Shown piece after piece: positions 43,901-52,647 of a stretch of DNA of 52,647 nucleotides. Under the pieces are notes generated by a model that ran no database searches, was not told the origin of the DNA, and saw only the letters and a program-made list of their open reading frames with translations. Position numbers and translations under genes: made by a program. The number at the start of each line of letters is the position of its first letter. Position 1 is the stretch's first letter. Source of the DNA: a virus (Duplodnaviria > Caudoviricetes); IMG/VR virus record IMGVR_UViG_3300049846_001015, positions 1 through 52,647 of that record; one strand, written 5' to 3'.

Positions 43901-44817
43901 GCGTAATAGACATTGGGATCTAACCGGCATCCGACTTCGTAAAGACCCCCGTAAGCCACGTCGTAGAAATCGTTGGGAACGGAGAGCATTTTGCAACCGC
44001 CCAACTGCGCCCACGGTTTGTCCGACATACGGACATCGCAATCCATGAACACCTGCTTGAAAGCGGTGCATTGGAATTCGTTGCCCTGGATTACATCGTA
44101 GAAAGTAACCGTGACCTTAACCTGGAAAACTTGCGAGTGATTACCGCAAGTTCGGACGGTCGCTTTCATCCCCTGGAGGAACGTGTCCTCAATCTTGGCC
44201 TCGTCGGGACCGCCGTTGGGATCGGTCATCACGTCCCAATCAATCTTTAGCATGTTGAGGATAGTTCTATCGAACTGGTCCTTACACGCAAACGACATCT
44301 CCAACCAGTAGGTGGACATATCGCAGCAGCCAATGAAGTCGTTCCCCTTAACATTCAATTGAATGTCAAAGGCATTACATTGATTTGTTTCTGAGGGTTG
44401 GCCGCAATCGTACTTGAATTGGCGAATTGCGGATTTCGCGGAGACGCCTCCCGTGGTCAGGTTGGCAGCCTGAACTCTCCAGTAGACGGACTCGCCCACC
44501 CGCATATCGTCGTCACGGATAATTTCGTAAACCGTGGTGGGAGCGGGTACGATAGCTTCTCGGAGAGTCGGACCCCGGAAATCTTGAGAGTTAGCCCACT
44601 GAACAAGATAGGTATCCGCCCCGTTTACTGGATACCACTGGAGAAAGATACTGGAGCCTACTCCAGTTTCGCCTTCCAAGCAAATTACTGCGCCGTCTCT
44701 AGGATAGAGGAGACGGGGAGGCTCTAAGAGAATGTCCGTTCGCCAAGTCGCCTCAGGGAAGGCCACCGACGGGGAAAGAGTTTGGTGCGGGTTGCAAAGA
44801 CCGTAGTACATCAACAA
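40912..44817 (-). CDS. giant Cys-rich, poly-Thr tail-associated protein with N-terminal FnIII-like domain
   Basis: P.LLYP.DG...LQW.PV.GA..Y.VQ...YWRVQA; five Thr tracts; lies directly after the distal tail-like gene. Confidence 0.7.
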   Translation of the reverse strand: MLMYYGLCNPHQTLSPSVAFPEATWRTDILLEPPRLLYPRDGAVICLEGETGVGSSIFLQWYPVNGADTYLVQWANSQDFRGPTLREAIVPAPTTVYEIIRDDDMRVGESVYWRVQAANLTTGGVSAKSAIRQFKYDCGQPSETNQCNAFDIQLNVKGNDFIGCCDMSTYWLEMSFACKDQFDRTILNMLKIDWDVMTDPNGGPDEAKIEDTFLQGMKATVRTCGNHSQVFQVKVTVTFYDVIQGNEFQCTAFKQVFMDCDVRMSDKPWAQLGGCKMLSVPNDFYDVAYGGLYEVGCRLDPNVYYANFVVACGPVFKVPVENDYCCPGIQTPCCECVVPPVRFYLSSPYGNTGGFLREDEDLETEWKLTGAAMGYIFGCYGETQASLECLGKSWHFHAESENCGGCVPTLGPCGCTPSDIAAEITITDNLTEDTLAVLDAEFNYSSGAWIYPFNFIIPSGPVQITFEYDPVSASLDYAVLLGPSGSVSLLAFQCNPFEGYADIELDDVTIRVSLSAAGCTNCESINFDGYFEACPVAYSTDYPVGETLFYFCVGNDCPGSDFECACAERDSILRANTEVYALEARINIPLGCGLHKDEMGRLSLDIEAMLNLGFSRDGNSDPEEPLDPYFNECYGYCLFVWDELETVWVETINACSENWRTTTTTTTIEPTPETCFRACGLGCVLVDLPDDVVPECYCLPKKMTGTATLFYEDELFLNVPIELTHRVIDGGHVWSTDPFVLVEGELQVFLEIWGQFEGDTFILYYENFTSDQVNTMDRGSWTCNRFQAEFNYLTELQVSLEGRECQEIVKAEPCPPTTTTTLPPSTCVCMKPFECGTNDGECVMTACGPQSRQVDYCGRECPPCTNPCEEVTCSGTCHWVWAASMWRKYDPEFDYSAFSCAGQWRVGCDCFGSEDLDGEARPDLESQCNTDCCQCPEPDYTPEDNCTCVTETTSCSGTTTTTGQPDPPCRSSCSWCWHGILNCWFPLGGCEYNGQAEACQCLEPTWTEDPDVCRVVSMPCLPGTDYDPCENYCTSTTKAPCNDLCKWVWNSGTGFWNIETNPCDPECPCAEPGSAPTLDFCTNPTTWTACGSQPPTTTTTTTSTTPPPSCVCCNYPQDGCTENVTEFACELNGGVWRCDLTDCAECYPPTGRCCFGDGSCAVTLESECPLPACWFEGEDCTDTSECEITLCCCDGIDGLGSYGDCYFLRKCQCEADGCVSYPGYEGENCGTVNCPTTTTTTTTTTTTTPACGTCEYGVEPASFDGEISVREVYTRIDYSCLPGCNCPTTSTVQGVFPCTPV

Positions 44818-45185
44818 CTCACTTCGTAATCGTCATTCACGCAGACTACGCGGAAACTCCCTGCAAGAGAAAAAACGGTGCCTCGAATCGTTGGAGGTTC
44901 GAATGTCCAAAATTCTACGGTCAGGTTTTCTCCCCAGTATCCGGTAAAGACCATTGTACCAGATTGCTTGTATTTATTGTACAAAAACTGGAAGGTGTCT
45001 TTATCAGCAGCAGCGATAGTCCAACTAAACGTGTCCTCGCCGTGAATGAACTCGGGTTGAAGGGTCTGAGTAACAACTCCCCCAGTCGTTTTGAGAATTG
45101 CGGTTCTCTTGCGGGGGATATAGGGTTGGTAAGAAAAAGACAGGGGCAAATTCTCGGAGGCAAGAGTTGCGATAGGGAAACTCAT
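44811..45185 (-). CDS. distal tail (Dit)-like protein
   Basis: 124-aa beta-rich ORF immediately after the tape measure gene. Confidence 0.55.
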   Translation of the reverse strand: MSFPIATLASENLPLSFSYQPYIPRKRTAILKTTGGVVTQTLQPEFIHGEDTFSWTIAAADKDTFQFLYNKYKQSGTMVFTGYWGENLTVEFWTFEPPTIRGTVFSLAGSFRVVCVNDDYEVSC

Positions 45186-48100
45186 ACAGAGAAACCTCCG
45201 GAATTCAGAGCGTCTCGGATCGTTCTGCGAAGCAAGTCTAAATCTGCGCCATTATTGTTCACATTGATTTGGACAGTTCGGTTATCCGCCAGAGGGGTGC
45301 CGTTGGGATTGGCCGAATTGGGGAGAGTGAAGGGATTCGGAATTCCCGGCAGATTGCCGTCAAGATTGAATCCGTTGGAGACAAAACCTTTCAGCCGAGC
45401 AATCTGCTTGATCCACTCAAGCAAGAAAGCGTCTACCCACATCGCAGGAGAAGCGGCGAAAAGGGTCTGAATATTATTAAGAGCCGTCTCGATCTCCGGG
45501 GTCATCGTGTTTTTGATCTTGTCCGGGATGGTATTGGGGTCGAACCCGGTCCCCCCAACGTCAATCCCAGCAGTTTTTTGCCGCCGCTGAAAGAACGCAT
45601 CCATCAAAAGAAATTCTTGCTTCTTCCGCCGAATGAGATTATCAATGCTCGCAGTATCTTCCCCCGCAGCAGCCAATTTACGGCGGCGTCTATCCAATGC
45701 CTCAAGCATTTCGGCGGCGCGGAAAGTCCTACGTTGGGAGTTGTAAACTGCGTCCTCCCGTTTTTGCTCGATGGCCGCGATCATCGACATGAAGTAGGCG
45801 AGTTCTCGGGCGTTCTGAGCTTGGCCCGCAAGCGACTTGAGAATATCCATCTCAATATCGTCGCGTTCTTTGGCCTGCTCTTTCTGAGTTTTCCACTTCT
45901 TTTCAAGCTCTTTGCGTTCCTTCTCCGCAGCTTTCTTGTCCTCGTCGGACCAAGTTTTCTTTTGAGCCTCAATTTCCAACTGGAGTTCTTCCTCTTTCAG
46001 CCGGATGAACTCTTTTTGACGAGCGAGAATTTGAGCGTCTTGCGCCGGGTCTCCGGTTAGTTGGAAAAGGTCGTTGGCCTCACTTTGGATGGCCGCTTGC
46101 CCAACCTTTTTCTTCATCTTCTCGTACTCAGCGACGTTGCGTTCTCGCTCCGCACGTTCCAACTGGAGACCGTCAATGGTCTCAGCTTGTTTCTCGTTGG
46201 CCTCGTCGATCAATTTGTTTTGATCTTCGGTGGCTTTTTGAGCGATTCGGGCGCGGAGAGCCCCAATAGCAGTAGCTTTTGTCATATCATTTTCAGCGAT
46301 TGCTACCGCCATAGCCGACTTGAGATACTCATCCTGGGCATCGGTAGCCTCTCGAATGGCGTCGATTTTCTCTCGGAGAGTTTCGGCATTTCTCTTGAGA
46401 CCCTTCTCGATATCTTCGAGGGTCATTCCATAGGATTCCTCGACTGCTTTCAATTTCTCAAGCTCGGTTCGGGCAGCTTCTTGCTGATTTAGGAAATCCT
46501 TAAAAGCGGCGGTAGCCGCCTCAATATTTCCTCCCGCCTCCGCCAAGAAATCGCGGTCTCCAACGGCCCCTTGCATTGGAGAGAGAAGTTTGAGTCTGGC
46601 TTCGAGAAGTTCTCGCTCTTTCAAAAGTAGCGAGATTCGATCTTGAATGTTTTGACGTTCCTCCGCAGGGGCGGAGATGAAGTCCTCATTGGCCTTCATT
46701 ATTTGGTCATTAACCGAGATGAGGGCTTCTTGGTCCTTTTTTACCTTCTCTGCAAGATTAGCGTTCCCGCCGAGGAGCGCGTCCCTAACCGTTTTGAAAC
46801 TCTGGGACGTTTTGCTCGCATCCTTCATGGACTCTACAAGCTTATTGTTAGCCTCTTGCAGTTTCTCGATTTCCTTGTTGAGATCATTGTATTCGGCTTT
46901 TTTCTCCGCCAAATCCTTAAACCCGAAGTCTCCGGCGAGTAAGCCGAAACTCAAATTGTATCCGATGCGTTTCCACGCGGGCATGGCGCTAGCGTCGATC
47001 TGCTCTCCGAGTTTCGCCGCCTTGTCATTCAACTCGAAAATCTTTTCCTGATTAGCTCTGAATTGCGCGCGAATTTCGTCAACCGCTGAGGTGCCCCCCG
47101 CGAGACCACTCTCAGATCCGGTAAGTCTCTTCAACTCTTCGAAGTCTTTAGCGGTAAGGTTGGTCCCCTTCTGCATCAACTCGATTGCTTGCCGAGAATT
47201 ATCAGTTTGTTGATTTTGGCGTTTAATCAGAAGTTCTGTGTTTCTGATAAGCGCCAAAATCTCGGCATTCAACTCACGATAGGCGTCGGACGCCTCGTAT
47301 GCGGCTCTTGCCGACTCCATAATCCAGTTACCGAGTTGCAATCCGATAAGAATTCCAACAGCGGCGGCAGTCCCCGCAATGGTCCCAATCATAGCGGTCT
47401 TGAAAAGGAGCGCCGCAATTCGAACGCGGGTCATCGCAGCCTGCAAAGCAATGGATTGGGCGGTGGCCGCCGCCATTGTTTGTTGCAGGATGGCGAATTG
47501 CGCCTGGGCGCTGGAAATCGCCACCCCCAGAGAGTAAAACCCCGCAGCGAACGCGACGATTTTCCCCATAACCAGCAAGACGGCCCCAGCGGGGACCACG
47601 ATGCTTATAAGAATCTCAGCCATCCTAGCCAGACTGGCGACTAACGCCGGGTTCTCTTTTACCCAAGCGCGAATAGAATCGACAATGCTGATAAGCCCTT
47701 GAACCATCTCTCTGATACGGGGCTTCAAAACTTCAAAAACTTCCACCAGCAAAGATTGGAAGTTTGACTTTAATTTTTCGGCGTCTCCCGCAAGAGTATC
47801 CAGTCGGATCTGCCGCACGGCGTCGGCAACGCCGGAAGCCTGTTGATTCAACTTTAGAATCCGATCAAAAGCTTCCGACCCGCCTTGGATCAAATTGATA
47901 AAAGACCTAGCGGCCCGCTCATCAAAAATCTCAGCGATATTCAGAAAATCTTCGTTAGAAATTTTCTGAATTCGCTCAAATTCTGCAACGATATCCGAAA
48001 GAGAATTCTTAGTTAGGTCGATACGGGAGTACGACGAGCCCACTTTTTCTAAAGCTTCGCCGAACTTATCTGCCTCCTCCCTAATCTGATTGAACGCTCT

Positions 48101-48901
48101 GGAAAGACCCGTTCCAGCTAGGGTTCCCCGGATACCCCGATCTCCTAGAATCCCCGCCGCGGCCGCCGCTTCTTCCAAAGTAACACCGAGGGCGCTCGCC
48201 GTTGGAGCGAGAATCTTCATCGTCTCGGCTAGAGACTCAAGCGTGGTATTCGAGTTGGTAAATGTCTGCGTGAGGATATCCCCGACGCGGGCGAAGTTGT
48301 CGGCTTCCAAGCCGAAAGACCGCGAGATGTTGGCTACGATCTCTGCGGTTCTTTGTAAATCGGTCCCGGAAGCAGAGGCCAGATTCACTACCGTAGGGAG
48401 AGCTTGCTTTAATTCATTAGCAGAAAACCCCGCCAACGCCAGAGCTTGTGCCGCCTGCGCCACCTGAGTAGCACTAAACTCCGAAATTTCGCCCAAATAG
48501 ATGAACTGCTCGGCGAGTTCCGCCACGATCATAGATGTCGTGACACTATCTTCTCGGAGCCCGCCAATCACGGAGCGGACATCTGCTACGGCTTGCTCAA
48601 ATTTCGCGCCCTCAATAATAATTGGAGCAAACCCAGCGGCGACCGCAGCACCGAATCCAAGAGCCTGTCTGCCCGCGTCCCGTAGGGCGAACGACAAGTG
48701 CCGCATGTTGCGGAGAGTAGTGCGGGAAGCTTCTGCGGCGATCTGGAGAGCGTCCCCGGCTTTCGTCATGTTGCCAGAAAAACCTTGCAGTCCGTTTCCG
48801 AAATTCTGCAAGGCATTCTTGAGATCGGCGAGATCCTTCATCCCATGTACGGTTGCGCGTACATGGACTACAGCTTCACCGAGATTTTTTTGAGTTGTCA
48901 T
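45182..48901 (-). CDS. tail tape measure protein (TP901 family core)
   Basis: FEQAVADV..FSATQVAQA...LALAGF...NLA.A...NT.LE.LAE.MK..AP.A..G..GT.AGT.L; coiled coils. Confidence 0.95.
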   Translation of the reverse strand: MTTQKNLGEAVVHVRATVHGMKDLADLKNALQNFGNGLQGFSGNMTKAGDALQIAAEASRTTLRNMRHLSFALRDAGRQALGFGAAVAAGFAPIIIEGAKFEQAVADVRSVIGGLREDSVTTSMIVAELAEQFIYLGEISEFSATQVAQAAQALALAGFSANELKQALPTVVNLASASGTDLQRTAEIVANISRSFGLEADNFARVGDILTQTFTNSNTTLESLAETMKILAPTASALGVTLEEAAAAAGILGDRGIRGTLAGTGLSRAFNQIREEADKFGEALEKVGSSYSRIDLTKNSLSDIVAEFERIQKISNEDFLNIAEIFDERAARSFINLIQGGSEAFDRILKLNQQASGVADAVRQIRLDTLAGDAEKLKSNFQSLLVEVFEVLKPRIREMVQGLISIVDSIRAWVKENPALVASLARMAEILISIVVPAGAVLLVMGKIVAFAAGFYSLGVAISSAQAQFAILQQTMAAATAQSIALQAAMTRVRIAALLFKTAMIGTIAGTAAAVGILIGLQLGNWIMESARAAYEASDAYRELNAEILALIRNTELLIKRQNQQTDNSRQAIELMQKGTNLTAKDFEELKRLTGSESGLAGGTSAVDEIRAQFRANQEKIFELNDKAAKLGEQIDASAMPAWKRIGYNLSFGLLAGDFGFKDLAEKKAEYNDLNKEIEKLQEANNKLVESMKDASKTSQSFKTVRDALLGGNANLAEKVKKDQEALISVNDQIMKANEDFISAPAEERQNIQDRISLLLKERELLEARLKLLSPMQGAVGDRDFLAEAGGNIEAATAAFKDFLNQQEAARTELEKLKAVEESYGMTLEDIEKGLKRNAETLREKIDAIREATDAQDEYLKSAMAVAIAENDMTKATAIGALRARIAQKATEDQNKLIDEANEKQAETIDGLQLERAERERNVAEYEKMKKKVGQAAIQSEANDLFQLTGDPAQDAQILARQKEFIRLKEEELQLEIEAQKKTWSDEDKKAAEKERKELEKKWKTQKEQAKERDDIEMDILKSLAGQAQNARELAYFMSMIAAIEQKREDAVYNSQRRTFRAAEMLEALDRRRRKLAAAGEDTASIDNLIRRKKQEFLLMDAFFQRRQKTAGIDVGGTGFDPNTIPDKIKNTMTPEIETALNNIQTLFAASPAMWVDAFLLEWIKQIARLKGFVSNGFNLDGNLPGIPNPFTLPNSANPNGTPLADNRTVQINVNNNGADLDLLRRTIRDALNSGGFSV

Positions 48902-48914
48902 AGCCGCTTTCAGC

Positions 48915-49187
48915 CTATTTACCCAACCAGCTTCGGAAATCCTCAGCTTTTGCGTGATGCGCTACGCGAACTGACTGGGCCAAGTCGCGCACCCGCTCTC
49001 TTCTCAATTTGACAGCTTCTTGAAAGAGAACTCTCAATTGAGTTAGGGTATGAGATCCCGCCTCCGCGACGGACAATCCCGTTTGAATACAGAAGTTGCT
49101 TAGGAACGAGACGAAAGTTACCCTTTCGGGTTCTTCGCCTCCGTGAAAGCGGGCAGAATCTTCTGTAGACCCATCTCTCGAAAAACC
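48915..49187 (-). CDS. tail assembly chaperone GT extension (-1 frame, no own start)
   Basis: -1 frame reads ...SRDGSTEDSARFHGGEEPERVTFVSFLSNFCIQTGLSVAEAGSHTLTQLRVLFQEAVKLRRERVRDLAQSVRVAHHAKAEDFRSWLGK*; G GTT TTT at 49187-49181. Confidence 0.65.
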   Translation of the reverse strand, partial: GFSRDGSTEDSARFHGGEEPERVTFVSFLSNFCIQTGLSVAEAGSHTLTQLRVLFQEAVKLRRERVRDLAQSVRVAHHAKAEDFRSWLGK

Positions 49188-49555
49188 GAGAAGATCTCCG
49201 CGAAGTCATTAACTTTGTTAATGGCGGAAATCAATTTGAATCCGTCTGTCGCGGGGAGATTCAGGAAATAATCCGGATCTTTCCCCGTGGACGCCGCAAA
49301 GACTTCGTGAAGAACACCGTGGGTTTTTTCGTCCCCGGTCAAAGCCGTTAGAAAGTGCGCGTCCGGCTCGCTGCCCATACCCGCCAAAGCATTAGACGCT
49401 TTGGCTAAAACAGCGACCAAGGAATTGAAGGATAGTTCTCGAACGGAGACAGTCTCTCCGTTTTTGAACACCACGTCAACTCCAAGATTCAAGAACTTCT
49501 CAGTAGAGACTTCTTTCTCTTTCTTAGGAGCGTCAGCCCCTTTCGATTTCGACAT
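49118..49555 (-). CDS. tail assembly chaperone G
   Basis: Located between the tail tube and tape measure genes; GAGGA RBS. Confidence 0.7.
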   Translation of the reverse strand: MSKSKGADAPKKEKEVSTEKFLNLGVDVVFKNGETVSVRELSFNSLVAVLAKASNALAGMGSEPDAHFLTALTGDEKTHGVLHEVFAASTGKDPDYFLNLPATDGFKLISAINKVNDFAEIFSVFREMGLQKILPAFTEAKNPKG

Positions 49556-49566
49556 TTGCTTTCCTC

Positions 49567-49848
49567 TTATCGGATGGTTTTTGCTTTTCGAAGGTGGTCG
49601 CGGAGATTGTTCAAACACTGGTCGTAGTGACGAGGTTCGACAACAGCCTCTTGGTTGTTGTACTTGAACATGACGCTGTTAAACGTCTGCTCGTCAGTTT
49701 CCAAGTCGAGAACAAACTCGAACACCCCACTCCGGTCAGAGTGAGGTTGCAACTTATCGAGGCGGGCCGGGAAATACTTCTGAGCCCACAAAAAACCGGC
49801 TTCTTGTAAATCCCTTGTCGGGTATCGCATAGTATCTATCCTTGTCAC
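49567..49848 (-). CDS. DUF5659-like small protein
   Basis: Y.TRDL..A.FL......F.F......F....VEP..Y......LRD. Confidence 0.55.
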   Translation of the reverse strand: MTRIDTMRYPTRDLQEAGFLWAQKYFPARLDKLQPHSDRSGVFEFVLDLETDEQTFNSVMFKYNNQEAVVEPRHYDQCLNNLRDHLRKAKTIR

Positions 49849-49858
49849 GGGGTTTGGG

Positions 49859-50209
49859 TTACAGCGGGAGCGTGACCGTAATCACAACATCGTCGCTGTC
49901 GGCGGTCGTAGTCGCCGCATGGGTGATGTCGAACGACATGCTGAGCGTGTCAAAGACATACTCAATCTCTTGATAACCGCAGGCGCAATCGCAACCCGTG
50001 GTATTGGCGGTCAAGTCGTTGGCGACTTCCGAGTTCGTTGCATTCGCGAGAAACTGGGCCAGCGCGTTCAACAGAACTTGCTTAATCAGTCGGCACGAAG
50101 TCAACGCATTGCAGTCGTCATCGACCGTGAAAGTCAAGGTGTCAACGGTCCGATTGACCACGACATCGAAACTCTCAATGAAGCACTCTTTACGAGAGCA
50201 GCTAGGCAT
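49859..50209 (-). CDS. Cys-containing tail-region protein
   Basis: 116-aa ORF with GGAG RBS inside the tail operon. Confidence 0.6.
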   Translation of the reverse strand: MPSCSRKECFIESFDVVVNRTVDTLTFTVDDDCNALTSCRLIKQVLLNALAQFLANATNSEVANDLTANTTGCDCACGYQEIEYVFDTLSMSFDITHAATTTADSDDVVITVTLPL

Positions 50210-50233
50210 TGTAAAAACTCCAAAAAGAAAGGG

Positions 50234-50755
50234 TTAGGCGCACGCAACGGAACTCTGATAAGAGCATCCGTCGTAAATACAACCAAAGAACCCGGTGTCG
50301 GGATCTTTGAAGATTTCGAACTCAATCGGCAGTTGCACCGCTTGATCTCGAAACATTTGGTATTCCACGGTCGTTTGCACGTTGACGGCACGATCAAAAA
50401 CAAAGGTTCGACAACCGCAACCCGGACCCGGCCCCTTCACGGCAAGCTCATGCTCGTTAATAAAGCAAGAACTATTATACCCGAGGCACAGGGTAGTTGC
50501 GTTAGATTTATTAGCGTTCGGATACCCGAAAGCCAACAAGAGGTTGTCGAGCGTCACTTCCATGAGAGTCGCGGCCACGAAGAACTTTTCGAGACTGCGA
50601 AACTTGGAAACGATCCCAATGAACTGATCCGCGATGTTTTCAACATACTCGGATTCCTGACGGATGGTGACCCCGCCAGTCGTGAAACCCAAATCGCTAC
50701 CGTCAACGCAAAGCGTAGCCGCGCCGACGATAATGTTTTCAGGATTTCCAGCCAT
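50234..50755 (-). CDS. major tail (tube) protein
   Basis: NIIVGAA....G.DLGFT.GGV......DQ.....L.EVTLDNL..A; position in the tail module. Confidence 0.8.
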   Translation of the reverse strand: MAGNPENIIVGAATLCVDGSDLGFTTGGVTIRQESEYVENIADQFIGIVSKFRSLEKFFVAATLMEVTLDNLLLAFGYPNANKSNATTLCLGYNSSCFINEHELAVKGPGPGCGCRTFVFDRAVNVQTTVEYQMFRDQAVQLPIEFEIFKDPDTGFFGCIYDGCSYQSSVACA

Positions 50756-50757
50756 TT

Positions 50758-51330
50758 TTAGACCTCATTAGGGTAACAGAAGAATCCATAATAGTCATCG
50801 ACTAAGTACGGACATTCCGCATCGACTTCGAATTCAGCTTCCTCACCACAAACTTTATCCGACCAGACAAAGGCAGCTTGGACTAGAATTCGAAAAGAAT
50901 CTGTGTCCTGTTCCAACATCGGGGCAATAATAGTCCTGAATCTGTACTCGGTTGAGACGTTTCTAATGAAATTATCAGAAACGTCGTAGAACCATCGCGT
51001 CTCCTCTCCAGGAGGGATAATCGTGAGCAAGTCGATTATCCGGTCAGCGATCATGGAGGTTTTCAACTGGTCACAAGAAATGCAATGGAACCCGACAAGG
51101 CTATCGCGCATTCTCGTAACGCCGTTGTTCTCCCCCAAGGGACCGCTGGCGATGATCTGTATGCCAACGAACGGGTAACGTCCGTGGCTTTTTGGATACC
51201 ATTCCGCAATCCGCGTTTCGGCTTCCTGCCTCTCGGTATCCGAACCCTCTTTCAGCAAGTCAACCAAGACCGAATCGGTCAAAAGGGCTGATCTAATTGC
51301 GTCGAGAAGATTTGTGTCGCCGTATGCCAT
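50758..51330 (-). CDS. tail terminator/completion protein
   Basis: AIRSALL.D..L..LL...YPFV...IADRI.DLL; position. Confidence 0.65.
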   Translation of the reverse strand: MAYGDTNLLDAIRSALLTDSVLVDLLKEGSDTERQEAETRIAEWYPKSHGRYPFVGIQIIASGPLGENNGVTRMRDSLVGFHCISCDQLKTSMIADRIIDLLTIIPPGEETRWFYDVSDNFIRNVSTEYRFRTIIAPMLEQDTDSFRILVQAAFVWSDKVCGEEAEFEVDAECPYLVDDYYGFFCYPNEV

Positions 51331-51331
51331 G

Positions 51332-51874
51332 TTATTTCAAGAACACCTGACCGAATCGGGCCATGACGCTATTGGCGTAACGACGAATATTTCCAAAAAA
51401 CTTAGGGACGAGGATCGGGTAGTCCTTTTGACCATAATCCCGCAATCCCTGAATGATCCCCTGAGAGATTCTCAGCAAAGTTCCGGTATCCCACCCGACA
51501 ACGGGACCGTACTTTTTCCAAACCCACTGGCGAATCGTTCTCGCGTCCGGCTCAAAAGGGGGGTGACCTTCTTCCAGGTTGACCCCGTAAGGAACATAAT
51601 ACCCCATCTGCACCGTAAGTTGGTCCCCCTTATCCTCAATGATCCCGGCTTTTATGCTCCGATAGAGATAACCTTTGTAAACGTGGTCTCCATTCGGGCG
51701 GGGATGGGCTAGTGGATCTGTGGCTTTGGACAGTTCCTTCTTGATTTTCTGGATAGTTCCGTCCAAGGGCTCGACGAAAATGTAGTTTTTCTTCTTTTCA
51801 AACCGCTCAATTCGGGTACGAATTGCGTTTGCGACCTTCTTAAACCCGGCAAAGTGGTAAGTTCCGCGAATCAC
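51332..51874 (-). CDS. HK97 gp10-like neck protein
   Basis: GYLYRSI....V....PYG..LEEGH.P; position. Confidence 0.65.
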   Translation of the reverse strand: MIRGTYHFAGFKKVANAIRTRIERFEKKKNYIFVEPLDGTIQKIKKELSKATDPLAHPRPNGDHVYKGYLYRSIKAGIIEDKGDQLTVQMGYYVPYGVNLEEGHPPFEPDARTIRQWVWKKYGPVVGWDTGTLLRISQGIIQGLRDYGQKDYPILVPKFFGNIRRYANSVMARFGQVFLK

Positions 51875-52536
51875 AGCTTGGGTGTCCCGTCTGACTCGTC
51901 AAGTTCGGCTTGAACAGTCGTGTAAGAGTAGCGGGAATAGTCGTCCAACTGGTTCTTAATCATCAAAATGCGGTAATCTACGGGCGGACCCGTGAACCGC
52001 AAGAAACTAAACCCAACCGGCCAATCTGCACACGGAATTTTTCCGGCAACTTCTTCGTCAGCGCCGTCGTAAAACAAAGTAAAACTCCCGTCCAAGGGAG
52101 TTACCGACGTTTCCAAGTTGTCGCTAACGTAAGCGGCGGACTGGGTACTCCATTTCAGGAGCAACGGCCCCTCGGGAGTATTGATCCAGATATGAGGACC
52201 AAATCCCATTGGGACATCCGGGGGAGCGTAGACGTTCGGATCTACCCCCCAAGGAACTCGAACAAAATCATTCCGCAGAATCCGAGTCGGAATCGACTGA
52301 AATCCAAGAATGAATCTCCGCACCCTCGCCGCATCTATCCCCTGAATCTTCGGCGTCTCCCAATTCTCCGCAAAGAACCGAAGCTCCGAGGACCGACCCA
52401 TCACTTTCTCGTACAAGAGTGTGACTTCGCACTCTTTCCCGATCCGCCCCTTCTGTACCTTGTCCGTTTTGCGAATTATCTGGAATGGGTGGACTAGGTT
52501 GAGGGGCCGGATTCGGGAGTTGGGGACGATTGACAT
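51871..52536 (-). CDS. putative head closure/head-tail joining protein
   Basis: Position upstream of the neck gene; beta-rich. Confidence 0.45.
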   Translation of the reverse strand: MSIVPNSRIRPLNLVHPFQIIRKTDKVQKGRIGKECEVTLLYEKVMGRSSELRFFAENWETPKIQGIDAARVRRFILGFQSIPTRILRNDFVRVPWGVDPNVYAPPDVPMGFGPHIWINTPEGPLLLKWSTQSAAYVSDNLETSVTPLDGSFTLFYDGADEEVAGKIPCADWPVGFSFLRFTGPPVDYRILMIKNQLDDYSRYSYTTVQAELDESDGTPKL

Positions 52537-52647
52537 AGATTAGCTCCGTTCCGTCAGTGTAAAACTTCTCGACTTTGAACCCGTCTTTGGGATCAATAAT
52601 CTGAGGACCGAAGAACCGATAACCCCCAGCGGTGGATTGCAGTTCTT

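Noticed and set aside
48943-49209. Track ORF (88 aa, +1 frame) as the chaperone extension
   Set aside because: Low-complexity Arg/Ser-rich sequence; the -1 frame gives a more plausible product ending next to the tape measure start.
1185-52497. Long plus-strand ORFs (e.g. 1185-1982, 5937-6842, 8502-9323, 9907-10788, 28735-29559, 45269-46060, 49919-50761)
   Set aside because: They are antisense shadows of well-supported minus-strand genes and carry no motifs.
1-52647. Genome-wide TGA reassignment (code 4 or 25)
   Set aside because: Long genes are intact under code 11 and many end in TGA with ATGA coupling; only one in-frame TGA candidate was found.
52540-52647. Partial CDS at the right edge
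   Set aside because: Two minus-strand frames are open and I could not decide which is real.

Overview
This is a 52.6 kb segment of a tailed dsDNA phage (siphovirus-like: tail tube, chaperones, TP901-type tape measure), with essentially all genes on the minus strand. From right to left it holds: a neck/tail module with a predicted -1 frameshifted tail chaperone; a 1301-aa Cys-rich, poly-Thr tail-associated protein; a block of glycosyltransferases and small Cys-rich genes; a replication module (DnaC-like loader, DnaB helicase, primase, SSB, PolA, RNase H, SF2 helicase, RecA-like protein); methyltransferases and a second glycosyltransferase cluster; many small accessory genes; tRNA-Arg(UCU); and nucleases. 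Two features missed by the ORF track stand out. (1) A candidate phage UGA-recoding module: a Cys-rich gene (35947-36186) with an in-frame TGA that aligns without gaps to a Cys of its neighbouring paralogue, about 1 kb from a tRNA-like gene with a UCA anticodon and tRNA-Cys-type acceptor identity (35020-35086). (2) A tandem array of 15 closely packed, mostly overlapping micro-genes (2543-5128) sharing an F-A-G-Y-x-E-F-D-x-x-I core with hypervariable flanks. All family assignments come from motif recognition by eye; no database searches were run.
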